DNA of 64,000 nucleotides from a plasmid. Numbering within the stretch: the first letter of the stretch is position 1; each line of letters begins with the position of its first letter. This document shows, piece after piece, positions 28,095-36,346 of the stretch. Location: the sequence record NZ_CP067423.1; one strand, 5' to 3'. The notes under the pieces are model-generated. The model searched no databases and was not told the DNA's origin. It worked only from the letters and a program-made list of their open reading frames with translations. The translations under genes were made by a program, and so were the position numbers.

Positions 28095-29479
28095 TGAGTG
28101 ACCCCTATCTTTACCCGGGCACAACAGTCCTCATCAATCATTTCAACATCAGGGATCAGGCCAAACTCGACAGCAAGGAGCGTCGGGAGACCCTGAAGAC
28201 GTTGAAGGGTCTCTACGACAATCCGGTCAAGGGCGAATTCGACCTCGCGCACCTGCTGGAAATACACCGGCGCGTCTTCGCGCCGGTGTATCCGTTCGCC
28301 GGCGAAATCCGCCGCATCGATATGGTCAAGGCCGAGGAGAAACTGGGCGGCGGCAGTGTCGAGTACGCGCCGTTCCATCTGGCGCGTCTCCAGGCCGAAC
28401 ACTGCCTGAAGCAACTCAATGCCCGCGACTGGTCGGGTCTCATGGACCTGTCGCGGCCGGAGGACATGGCCTCATTTGCAGGCATGGTTGTCGACCTCTG
28501 GAAGGTCCATCCGTTCCGGGAAGGCAATACGCGCACGACCATGACCTTCATGCACCAGTTTGCGGCGGCCAAGGGGTTCGCGCTCGACCGTGAGTTGATC
28601 CGTACCAATGCTGAATATGTCCGCCATGCGCTGGTGGTCGGCACCCATGGCGAAACTCATTATCTGACACGCATCCTGACCGACGCGCGCCAACGCGAAC
28701 ATGCGCGCGAGCAGAGCCAGGCGCGCATGGGGAACCAAAGCCGCACTGACATTGGACAGTCGGAGCGGGCTGTACTGCTTCCCGGCCGTACCCTTGCCCC
28801 GGAAGTTCTCAAGGCCGAGCTGCAAGAACGGATTGCCGCTTCCGAAAGCGCCACCGAGGCTATGAAACGCCTTATCACCACGGCAAAGGCGGTATTTGCC
28901 GACCACGGGCCGGTGGTGGAAATTATCCGGAATGCCGCTCTTGAGGGCGAGATCGGCAATCGGCAGGTGATTTCGGAGTTGCGGGATGCTCCGGAGCGTT
29001 TCGGGCCGCTTGCCGGAAGGGACGCTATTCTTGCGAGCCGGCAGGAGCGGGAGGCACACCGGCAAGCGATCGCTGCAAAGCGCACGCTTCGCGGGATCGC
29101 CGAGAGTTACCTCAAGATCGTGTACGGAATCCGGCAGACGATGCAGCAGCAGCGTCATGATGAGGTGCGGCGGGCCAGCGTGGAGGTCCGGCGGCCAAGC
29201 GGCGAGCTCCTGAGCGCGATTGATAGGGGTGATGCGCTGTCGCCCGAGCTCAAGGTCGAGCTGCGGCAGACCACGAGCGCATTCGAGCGCCGTTTCGGCG
29301 ATGATCTGGCCGCATTGCGCTCGGGCAAGAATCTCGGTCCACTTGCCACCAGGCACGGCGTCGACGAGAAACGGCTCGAGGAAGCGACAGGCGTACTGAA
29401 GGCGCTCGACCGAGCCCAGGCTCAGGAGTGCACCAGGGCACAATTACGGTCTCTCGATAGGCACGGCCCCACCCGATAA
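28094..29479 (+). CDS. Fic/Doc-family protein (filamentation induced by cAMP; probable AMPylase-type toxin) with a long C-terminal extension
   Basis: The Fic core motif HPFREGNTRTTMTF is present. It is an HPFx[DE]GNxR variant with T replacing the second G. The N-terminus is typically Fic-like (MSDPYLYPGTTVLINHFNIRD). Confidence 0.8.
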   Translation: MSDPYLYPGTTVLINHFNIRDQAKLDSKERRETLKTLKGLYDNPVKGEFDLAHLLEIHRRVFAPVYPFAGEIRRIDMVKAEEKLGGGSVEYAPFHLARLQAEHCLKQLNARDWSGLMDLSRPEDMASFAGMVVDLWKVHPFREGNTRTTMTFMHQFAAAKGFALDRELIRTNAEYVRHALVVGTHGETHYLTRILTDARQREHAREQSQARMGNQSRTDIGQSERAVLLPGRTLAPEVLKAELQERIAASESATEAMKRLITTAKAVFADHGPVVEIIRNAALEGEIGNRQVISELRDAPERFGPLAGRDAILASRQEREAHRQAIAAKRTLRGIAESYLKIVYGIRQTMQQQRHDEVRRASVEVRRPSGELLSAIDRGDALSPELKVELRQTTSAFERRFGDDLAALRSGKNLGPLATRHGVDEKRLEEATGVLKALDRAQAQECTRAQLRSLDRHGPTR

Positions 29480-29756
29480 TCCCATGCCGTCTGGAACGTG
29501 GCATTCAGCTGTGCCGGCCGGCCCGCCGAGCGCGGTCGTTCAGCCCTCTTTGGACCTCCCCTTGTGGGGGACATCTGTCGTACGTTTTCTCGATCTGAAC
29601 GAGCAGGCAGCGCCATGCGCCGTTTCTCCACAACCCAACCTTTGCGCTGCAGCTGAAGTCGACCGTTTGCGGACCAAGACAGCGGAGGATTACCGGAATT
29701 CCGTTCCATGACGCCGGACTCTAAGCTAAACCTCACCAGAGGGCGGGAGGACGAAG

Positions 29757-30620
29757 ATGATGGTGGGGTTAGATTTTGTCGCACTAGACGTAGAAACAGC
29801 GGATAGCAGCTTTCCAGAAAGTATCTGCCAAATGGGCTTCGTGATTGTTCGCGAAGGGCGCATCGTCGAGACTTTTACGCAGACCGTAAATACACATCAT
29901 CGGTTCGGGTGGTGGCAACAAGCCAATTTGTCGATCACCGAAGAGGACATTGATCGAGCTCCGCCGTTTTCTGAGATCGCTCGATCGATTGCGCATCTGA
30001 TGTGTGGGGCGGTCTTTAGTCATACACCCTATGACCGTTTCGCGGTCGGTCGCGCTTGCGACGCGTGCGGGCACAGCTTCGCAGAGACTACTTGGCTTGA
30101 TAGTGCGCAAGTCGTGCGACGAGCATGGCCGGAAAAGTACGGGAAGACGGGGTACGGATTGAAGAATGTCGCGGCCGATCTAGGCATTGAATTTCTGCAC
30201 CATGACGCTGGCGAAGATGCGCGGGCTGTGGCGGAAATTGTCATTCGAGCGAGCCTAGAGTGCTCACTAGATGTAGCCGGATGGGCAGAACGGGTCCGAA
30301 GACCAATCTTAGGCAATTCAAGCGCAAAAACCGACCTACGTCGGGACGGCAACATTGATGGACCGCTGTATGGCGAGGTTGTCGTCCTCACAGGGGGCTT
30401 CGATTTGCGGCAGGAAGAACAGGCCAATTTGGCCGCCTATGCAGGCTGCGAGGTGGAAAATAGCGTTACCAAGAAAACGACGTTGGTCGTCGTGGGTGAT
30501 GATCGTTTCGCGCGTGGGGAACGTTCCGGCAAGTGGAGAAGGGCCGAGGAATTGGCGGGCCAAGGCATTCCTATTCGGGCCATGTCTGAATCCGATTTCC
30601 GCGCGCTCATTGCAGATTGA
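29757..30620 (+). CDS. DEDDh 3'-5' exonuclease (DnaQ-like) fused to a C-terminal BRCT-like domain
   Basis: The Exo I motif is LDVETAD and the Exo III motif is HHDAGEDARAV. The C-terminal GEVVVLTGGF...TKKTTLVVVGD... resembles a BRCT fold. The region has lower GC than its surroundings. Confidence 0.7.
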   Translation: MMVGLDFVALDVETADSSFPESICQMGFVIVREGRIVETFTQTVNTHHRFGWWQQANLSITEEDIDRAPPFSEIARSIAHLMCGAVFSHTPYDRFAVGRACDACGHSFAETTWLDSAQVVRRAWPEKYGKTGYGLKNVAADLGIEFLHHDAGEDARAVAEIVIRASLECSLDVAGWAERVRRPILGNSSAKTDLRRDGNIDGPLYGEVVVLTGGFDLRQEEQANLAAYAGCEVENSVTKKTTLVVVGDDRFARGERSGKWRRAEELAGQGIPIRAMSESDFRALIAD

Positions 30621-30938
30621 ACGGCACACGCCTTCCGCAAGTCTTGAATCGGCGTGGGCGAGGAAGAGGACGACGGGGTTCAATGACCGCACGCCACCCC
30701 GAGCGGCCGTGCAGCGTCACGCTGGTGCTAAAATTTAGCGTACGAGCTCGGCGGTTTAATGGCCCAGAAGCTGACCTTTGACCGGTTCGGTGTTGACCTT
30801 CAGGTTCCGACTGATATCCGCCCCCTTTGGTCGGCGCTTAGAATCTGCCGGCCTGTGCCTGCTTCACACGATTGATCATACGCAGCGTGTCAGTATGACC
30901 GGCGTCGGCGGGAATACCGCGGCAACGGTTGACTCCAT

Positions 30939-31211
30939 TTAGCCCGAAGCGTCTACGGATGAGAGTTTCCTGATCTCGGCAAGGTCATCGTCTGTCTTGC
31001 GCAGAATGAGTTGGAAGCACGCATCGCACACACGCCGTTCAGTCGAATAGGCCTGCCCAAGCTTTGGAATCTCGATGCAGGTTGTTCCCATGACGAGGTC
31101 GTCGTGGCAGCGATAGCATTTGCTGAGGCGTTTGACGGGAGTCCGCTTGGGGCGGCCGTTCGTGCCTCCAATCAGCGAAGGCGTTGGCCCTCTAGGATTC
31201 GATTTTGTCAT
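30939..31211 (-). CDS. Small Zn-ribbon protein
   Basis: Two CxxC/H pairs are present (CYRCHDD...CDAC). It lies immediately downstream of, and overlaps, the helicase gene. The start is uncertain; the ORF runs to 31244. Confidence 0.4.
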   Translation of the reverse strand: MTKSNPRGPTPSLIGGTNGRPKRTPVKRLSKCYRCHDDLVMGTTCIEIPKLGQAYSTERRVCDACFQLILRKTDDDLAEIRKLSSVDASG

Positions 31212-33222
31212 ACTCCGCCTTCGCTTTGCGAACGCGCCTGACAAGCACTTGCAGCAGGTCGTCCAGGTTATCGAGGACAGAACGGAATTCTTCTGTTGTC
31301 GCCTGCTGCCTCTCTTTGCCCAGGCGTTTTTGCATTTCCTTGTTCACCATCATCAGCGCACAGATGTAGTTGTTCCTGCCGGTGAGCTTCAAGGATTTGT
31401 ATTTGTAGACCATCTCATTGCCGGTCTGTTTAAGCTCAACATGATTCAGCAACACGTTTGCGAGGCGTTTAGCCTGCTCCTGCATGCGCTTCCTGGCCTC
31501 TTCCCACTCACGCTGTGGCTGGACCATGAAAGGTGCCGTGGCCGACCTCTTTCGCATTGGAGACTGCTGCGCGAGCCGAACCATTTCCTCAGCCTTGCTG
31601 TCGTCGAGGCCGAGGAGCTTCAAACGTTCCCGTAGGTCCGCGACGATCTGCGTGTCCTCGACCGACGTGAAATCTTCTTCCCACAAGGAATCGACGACCT
31701 CACCGTGGACGACGACCTGGTCGCCCGCACGAAGCCGCGCGCTACCGTCGAGCACCCCTTGCGGTACCTCCGGTTCGTCGCCGCCAATGACCTTGTCCCA
31801 GAACGCCTGGTCGTCGTTCTCGAACTCCTTGAATTCCTTCAGGCGTGCGTCGAGGTTCATGCCCAGATGGGTGACGATATGGCCGACATTGTCTGGATGA
31901 CCCGGATCGTTCTGCACAACGACCCGCATTATGCGCCCGACAAACTGGATGTAGGGCGCCAATGACCGGAACGGGCGGAAGATCGCTGCAACGCTCAATT
32001 TGGGATGGTCGAACCCCTCGCCAAGCATCTGCACCTGGATGATACAATCGAGTGAGCCGTTGCGCAGTGCCGCAAGAATGGCCGCCTGCTCATCCTCCGT
32101 CTGCTTGCTATGGATAACGTCGGCGTTGAAGCCGCGCTCCTGATACAGCGAACGGATTTCCCGCGCATGATTGATGGAGCACGCGACTGCGATGAGCTGG
32201 TGCTGCGTCCCGCTTTGTCTAAGCTCATCGAGCTTCTGCAAACTGCTATCGACGATGTGCTTGTTGCACAGCCTAGCAAGCGCCACGCCGCGGCTGAACC
32301 ATTCTTCCTCCTTGAGCTTCAGCACCTCGTCCAAGGTGTACGTTCGCCCGCCGGCGTCGGAAAATCCGAGCTCAATGGTCGACGGAGCGACGTAACTTGC
32401 CTTGAGGCGCTTGATATAGCCTTTCAGGGTGGCGTTGCGGAATGGATACCGGAACACCAATTCGCCATCGAGTTCCTGGCGATCGCCCCGGAATGGGGTC
32501 GCCGTAAGCAGGATGACCTTGGCGTTTGGAAAACGCTCGATGACTTTCTGCCAGCTAGCGGCCGCGCTGTGGTGCGCCTCATCAACTATGATCATGTCGA
32601 AAAAGTCATCGGGAAACTGGGTCAGCCACTTATCGACGTTGGTCGCGAGCTGATGGACGTTCGTGATGACGATATGGGACTTTGTTGCTATCGAGATGTT
32701 GCCGCTATCCAGCGTACATGCCAACGGACCAGACAACATCTGGTCAGCGCTGAGCACACCCGCTTTCCGCCAGAAGCATTTCTGCCGGTTTGTGATGTCC
32801 ATCGCTTCGTAAAGCCCGTCCTTGATGGTGAGGTTGGGCGCGATAACAATGACCCTGCCCTCGGAGAGTCCAAACGGCAGGAGAGAAGCCAGGCCGGTCT
32901 TGCCGCATCCGACCGGAACCTGGAGGATCGCCTTATTCTTTCCCGCCCGGAAGAATTCATAAGTGCGCAGATAGCCTTCGCGCTGTGGGTCGCGGAGGTG
33001 GTCGTTCCCGTCGATGACGAATTCAGCGTCCAGGAAGAACGACTGCAGGGGGCGGGCGGTGCGTACCCACTGGTCGAGCCCGCTCTTTTCGAAGATCCAT
33101 TTCTTGCCGATCTTCCGCGCCGGGATGCGGTTCTCGCGCGCCATCGCATACAGCGCGGTCTTGCCCATTCCTAAGTAGATCGCGGTCTCTTCAAGAGAGA
33201 GCCAACCGTCAGTATCCGTCAT
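31192..33222 (-). CDS. Excisionase/MerR-type HTH domain fused to an SF2 (DEAD/DEAH, ResIII-like) helicase
   Basis: The N-terminal HTH_17-like segment is LSLEETAIYLGMGKTALYAMARENRIPARKIGKKWIF. Walker A is VGCGKTG, the DEAH box is IIVDEAHHS, motif III is LLTATP, and the helicase C region has a QxxGR-type motif. The gene has lower GC than the backbone. Confidence 0.75.
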   Translation of the reverse strand: MTDTDGWLSLEETAIYLGMGKTALYAMARENRIPARKIGKKWIFEKSGLDQWVRTARPLQSFFLDAEFVIDGNDHLRDPQREGYLRTYEFFRAGKNKAILQVPVGCGKTGLASLLPFGLSEGRVIVIAPNLTIKDGLYEAMDITNRQKCFWRKAGVLSADQMLSGPLACTLDSGNISIATKSHIVITNVHQLATNVDKWLTQFPDDFFDMIIVDEAHHSAAASWQKVIERFPNAKVILLTATPFRGDRQELDGELVFRYPFRNATLKGYIKRLKASYVAPSTIELGFSDAGGRTYTLDEVLKLKEEEWFSRGVALARLCNKHIVDSSLQKLDELRQSGTQHQLIAVACSINHAREIRSLYQERGFNADVIHSKQTEDEQAAILAALRNGSLDCIIQVQMLGEGFDHPKLSVAAIFRPFRSLAPYIQFVGRIMRVVVQNDPGHPDNVGHIVTHLGMNLDARLKEFKEFENDDQAFWDKVIGGDEPEVPQGVLDGSARLRAGDQVVVHGEVVDSLWEEDFTSVEDTQIVADLRERLKLLGLDDSKAEEMVRLAQQSPMRKRSATAPFMVQPQREWEEARKRMQEQAKRLANVLLNHVELKQTGNEMVYKYKSLKLTGRNNYICALMMVNKEMQKRLGKERQQATTEEFRSVLDNLDDLLQVLVRRVRKAKAEYDKIES

Positions 33223-33715
33223 ACATCCTCACAATCTGATATCTAGCGATAGCAAACGACAGATAGAATTGCAAAGGAAATCGGCGGTGGTAGTTGTCGC
33301 CCGCATTTGAAGGCGCCACAGTGGGTTTTAGCCTGGGCAGGAGCGCCACTTGTGCCCAACGCCTGGTTTCGAGCCCCCGGATGAGTGGCATTGGATCATG
33401 GGTCACGTTGCTGGCCGTTCGACAAAGGTCAGCAACTGTCCGAATGCCGAAATCCGAGTCCTTGCCGGGACCCAGCCACGTCGGTTTTTGTCGTGATGCT
33501 TGAATGATGATCCCCCTTCGTCAGCGAGAATAGTTGCGTGAACAGCCGCCCGTCATGCGGCCAAGGCACAGAGTCCCGTGCCGTCCCTGTTTTCCACCCC
33601 GCCCAAGGCGGGGCGAAGCGAAGCGGAGCAGGCGAGGGGGCTGAACGCGCTTCCCACATTGCGCCGAAGAGAAGCCCCCGAGCTTGTGGTAAACGGGGGC
33701 GGGACGGCTGCCGTT

Positions 33716-35647
33716 TCAGGATCCAGCTGCTCCCGTCTTCGGTTGGAAATTGCTCTTGCCGACGAGCGCCGCCATTTCCGGACGGCGGAAGTAGATGGCG
33801 CGACCGCAACGTAGCGGCGGATTACCGCCGGTGAGGATGATCTGCTCATCGGCGCGCATCTGGGTGACTTCATGCGGCAGGATCAGCGGGCGTTGCGAGA
33901 GCTGTTGGGAGCGGGTGCGGGACGAACCCATGTCGCGCGAGGTGCGGCTGACGTGGTTCACCTCTACCGTGGTCATCCCGCAGCGCTCGGAAATGTACTT
34001 CGCCGTTTCCGGATCATTGATCGCCGAGAACGACACCCAGGAAGCGGACTCGAACCATTTGCTGGTCGCGTCGCGCCCACCAAAGGCCTCCCGCATCTGC
34101 CCGAGCGACTGGAACAGCATCAGGAGTGTGATGCCATATTTGCGGCCGGCGTCGCGGGCGGTTTCGACGATGCGCATGTAGCCGAGGCGGGCGGCCTCAT
34201 CGAGCAGGAACAGGGCGCGCTCTTCGAGATCGCCATTGCGATTGTAGATCGCCTTGAGGAACGCTCCGATGACGACGCGAGCCATACCGGGGTGATTTTC
34301 CAAGGTAGACAGATCGACATTGATGAACACCGTCGTGCGCCCATTGGCGATGTCGTCCGTCCTGAAAGTGTTGCCCGACACGATGGCCGCGTAGCTGTCG
34401 TAGGAGAGCCAGTGCGTCTCCTTGGCGGCGGTCGCATAGACGCCGGAGAAGGTTTGCGGCGTCATGTTGATGAAGGGGGCGATGACCTCTTTGACGAACC
34501 GGGAGGTCGAGCTTTGATAAAGATCGGCGAGCTTTTCCTTGAGCGTTTCTTCCGGCTCGGCCAGTCGCGCGCGGACGATGCGCAGCGATCGTTCGCGCTT
34601 GGTATCGTCCGGATCGGACAGCATCACGTCGGCGATGACGCCGGTGATGAGCTGTTCGGCCGAGACGCGGAAGAAATCGTCGGCGCCGGAGGTGACGCGT
34701 GGTTTTTCCGACATCAGCCACGCCGCCACGGAGGCAATGTCTTCCTCCGGCGCATTGCCGAAGCGGCCGATCCAGTCGAGCACGTTGAACCCGATGTCGG
34801 GTCGTTTCGGATCGAGAATGAGCACGTCCTGACCATGCGCTTCGCGATGGGCGGCGACCATCGGCGCAATCTCGGTCGAGGGATCGAGGATGATCATCGA
34901 GCCCTTGAACTTGAGCGCCGTCGGCACGACCACGGAGGTGGTCTTGTAACCGCCGGAACCAGCAAAGACGATGCCGTGCGTCGAGCCAAATCCGCAGTCG
35001 AAGCAGACGAGCGGTGATTTTCCGCCCTTGCCCCACGTCTCCTTGCGGCGCGGATCGAAGTTGACGCCGGCGACGGAATCCTCGTCGACGCGATAGCGCT
35101 CACCGATGACGATGCCACCGCTTTCGGGAAAGAGTCCTGCGATTGTGGCGCTGTCCATCCAATGGCTATCGCCATGGATGGCGCGACGGCCGGAGAGCCG
35201 TTTCGGACCCGTCGCGCCAAAGACGGCATTGCCGCGCAGCGCAACCCGCAATCCGAACATGCCGGCGACGAAGGCCGTCGCCGCGCCGCCGATAGTGTAA
35301 AGGTCAAGTAAGGAAAACAGCGTTCCTTGCGGCACCTGGCTGGCGAAATCGGACAGGCGTAGCGTCTCCGAAATGGCGGCGAACGCGGCGGCGGCAACCC
35401 CGCCGATCAGGACGCCGAGGCCGGCCGACTGAATGGCAAGTGAGCCCTTGGCGGCAAAGAGGAAAATGACGCCGATCGCGGCCGCGGCGGCGTAGGGGAC
35501 GACAAGGCCGCCGCGCCCGAGGGTCTGGTAGCTTTCCGGCGAAGTGCCGAAAGCGGCGAGCCAGGACTCAATCCCCTGGAGCCCCAGAACGGCTCCCAAC
35601 ATCATCATCGCCGGTGCGGTCAGCAGCATCAGTTTCTTCGCTGTCAT
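33716..35647 (-). CDS. traG: Type IV coupling protein TraG (VirD4 family)
   Basis: TraG/VirD4 motifs are present (HGIVFAGSGGYKTTSVVVPTAL, ILDPSTE, FLLDEAARLG). Start is chosen at MTAKKLMLL (35647). The ORF extends to 35755. Confidence 0.9.
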   Translation of the reverse strand: MTAKKLMLLTAPAMMMLGAVLGLQGIESWLAAFGTSPESYQTLGRGGLVVPYAAAAAIGVIFLFAAKGSLAIQSAGLGVLIGGVAAAAFAAISETLRLSDFASQVPQGTLFSLLDLYTIGGAATAFVAGMFGLRVALRGNAVFGATGPKRLSGRRAIHGDSHWMDSATIAGLFPESGGIVIGERYRVDEDSVAGVNFDPRRKETWGKGGKSPLVCFDCGFGSTHGIVFAGSGGYKTTSVVVPTALKFKGSMIILDPSTEIAPMVAAHREAHGQDVLILDPKRPDIGFNVLDWIGRFGNAPEEDIASVAAWLMSEKPRVTSGADDFFRVSAEQLITGVIADVMLSDPDDTKRERSLRIVRARLAEPEETLKEKLADLYQSSTSRFVKEVIAPFINMTPQTFSGVYATAAKETHWLSYDSYAAIVSGNTFRTDDIANGRTTVFINVDLSTLENHPGMARVVIGAFLKAIYNRNGDLEERALFLLDEAARLGYMRIVETARDAGRKYGITLLMLFQSLGQMREAFGGRDATSKWFESASWVSFSAINDPETAKYISERCGMTTVEVNHVSRTSRDMGSSRTRSQQLSQRPLILPHEVTQMRADEQIILTGGNPPLRCGRAIYFRRPEMAALVGKSNFQPKTGAAGS

Positions 35648-35858
35648 TATCGAATATCGCCTTTCCGATTGCGGCCAATCGAGCGCGCTCGGTTGCGTCG
35701 CTGAGCCGCGCAGCCGCATCGATGAGGGCGCCGAGAATGACGGCGCGATCCGCACTGCGAAGTCCCGCCTTCACGACGAGACCGCCGAGCTGGATCTTCT
35801 CGCGCGCATCCTTCTTCCGGGCTTCCGTTTGTGACGCCCGGTAGCGGCGCTCATGCAT
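35568..35858 (-). CDS. traD: Conjugal transfer protein TraD (Ti-type)
   Basis: The TraD core IQLGGLVVKAGL...ILGALIDAA is present. An acidic tail overlaps the traG 5' end in another frame. Confidence 0.6.
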   Translation of the reverse strand: MHERRYRASQTEARKKDAREKIQLGGLVVKAGLRSADRAVILGALIDAAARLSDATERARLAAIGKAIFDNDSEETDAADRTGDDDVGSRSGAPGD

Positions 35859-36099
35859 CAGGAGCGCCCGTTTGAGAGCGAGCAGCCGGCCCGGAGGTCT
35901 TCTGTTTCGTCCCCGCTTGAAATCGCTTTGCCATCTCTTCGAAGCCTGTGACCAGCTCTGTGTCGGATGCGTTCACTTCGCCTAATCCGGCCTTCAGCGC
36001 GAGCCGGCCGATGCGTTCGGCCTCCTTGGTTTCGGCAAGCTTCAGCTGCTCCTGTAGGCGTTCGATTTCCTCGCGGATACGGGAAGAGGGTCGTCTCAT
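35851..36099 (-). CDS. traC: Conjugal transfer protein TraC (Ti-type oriT accessory protein)
   Basis: Start is at ATG 36099 (MRRPSSRIREEIERLQEQLKLAE...). It lies divergent from traA across the oriT region. The ORF extends upstream to 36615, which is probably spurious. Confidence 0.7.
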   Translation of the reverse strand: MRRPSSRIREEIERLQEQLKLAETKEAERIGRLALKAGLGEVNASDTELVTGFEEMAKRFQAGTKQKTSGPAARSQTGAPDA

Positions 36100-36346
36100 C
36101 GGCGGGGTTCTCCGGTTTCGTAGATGGTCATTGCGATGCGGAGAATCGCATTTGACGTGCGCGCAGCGCACCCTGCGAAAAACCACAGGTAGGCGAAGCC
36201 TATGCATTGCGGGAAGAATCCCGCCGTTCGGAAGAACGGTCCAAGGGCGCAGTAATACGTTGCTAGCAACGTTCCCGCGTCCGGCCCTGGATGGGCCGCG
36301 CTCGACCGAACAGCATTCGCGTTCGGATCGAGAGAGCACCTGCCCT
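36100..36346. promoter_or_regulatory. Candidate oriT / divergent traC-traA promoter region
   Basis: This is the intergenic region between the divergent traC and traA genes. It holds two adjacent inverted repeats: GCGAT-gcggaga-ATCGC (36133-36149) and GTGCGC-gca-GCGCAC (36157-36171), followed by ccctgcg. Confidence 0.4.

Noticed and set aside
33580-33620. The stem-loop CCCCGCC-caa-GGCGGGG downstream of traG, as a rho-independent terminator.
   Set aside because: It is a good stem but has no U-tract on either strand. It is left as unannotated structure.
35948-36346. The 5' extension of the traA ORF back to 35948.
   Set aside because: The relaxase N-terminal motif (AI(A/T)HF...) begins at GTG 36347. 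The extension overlaps traC and the oriT-like repeats.
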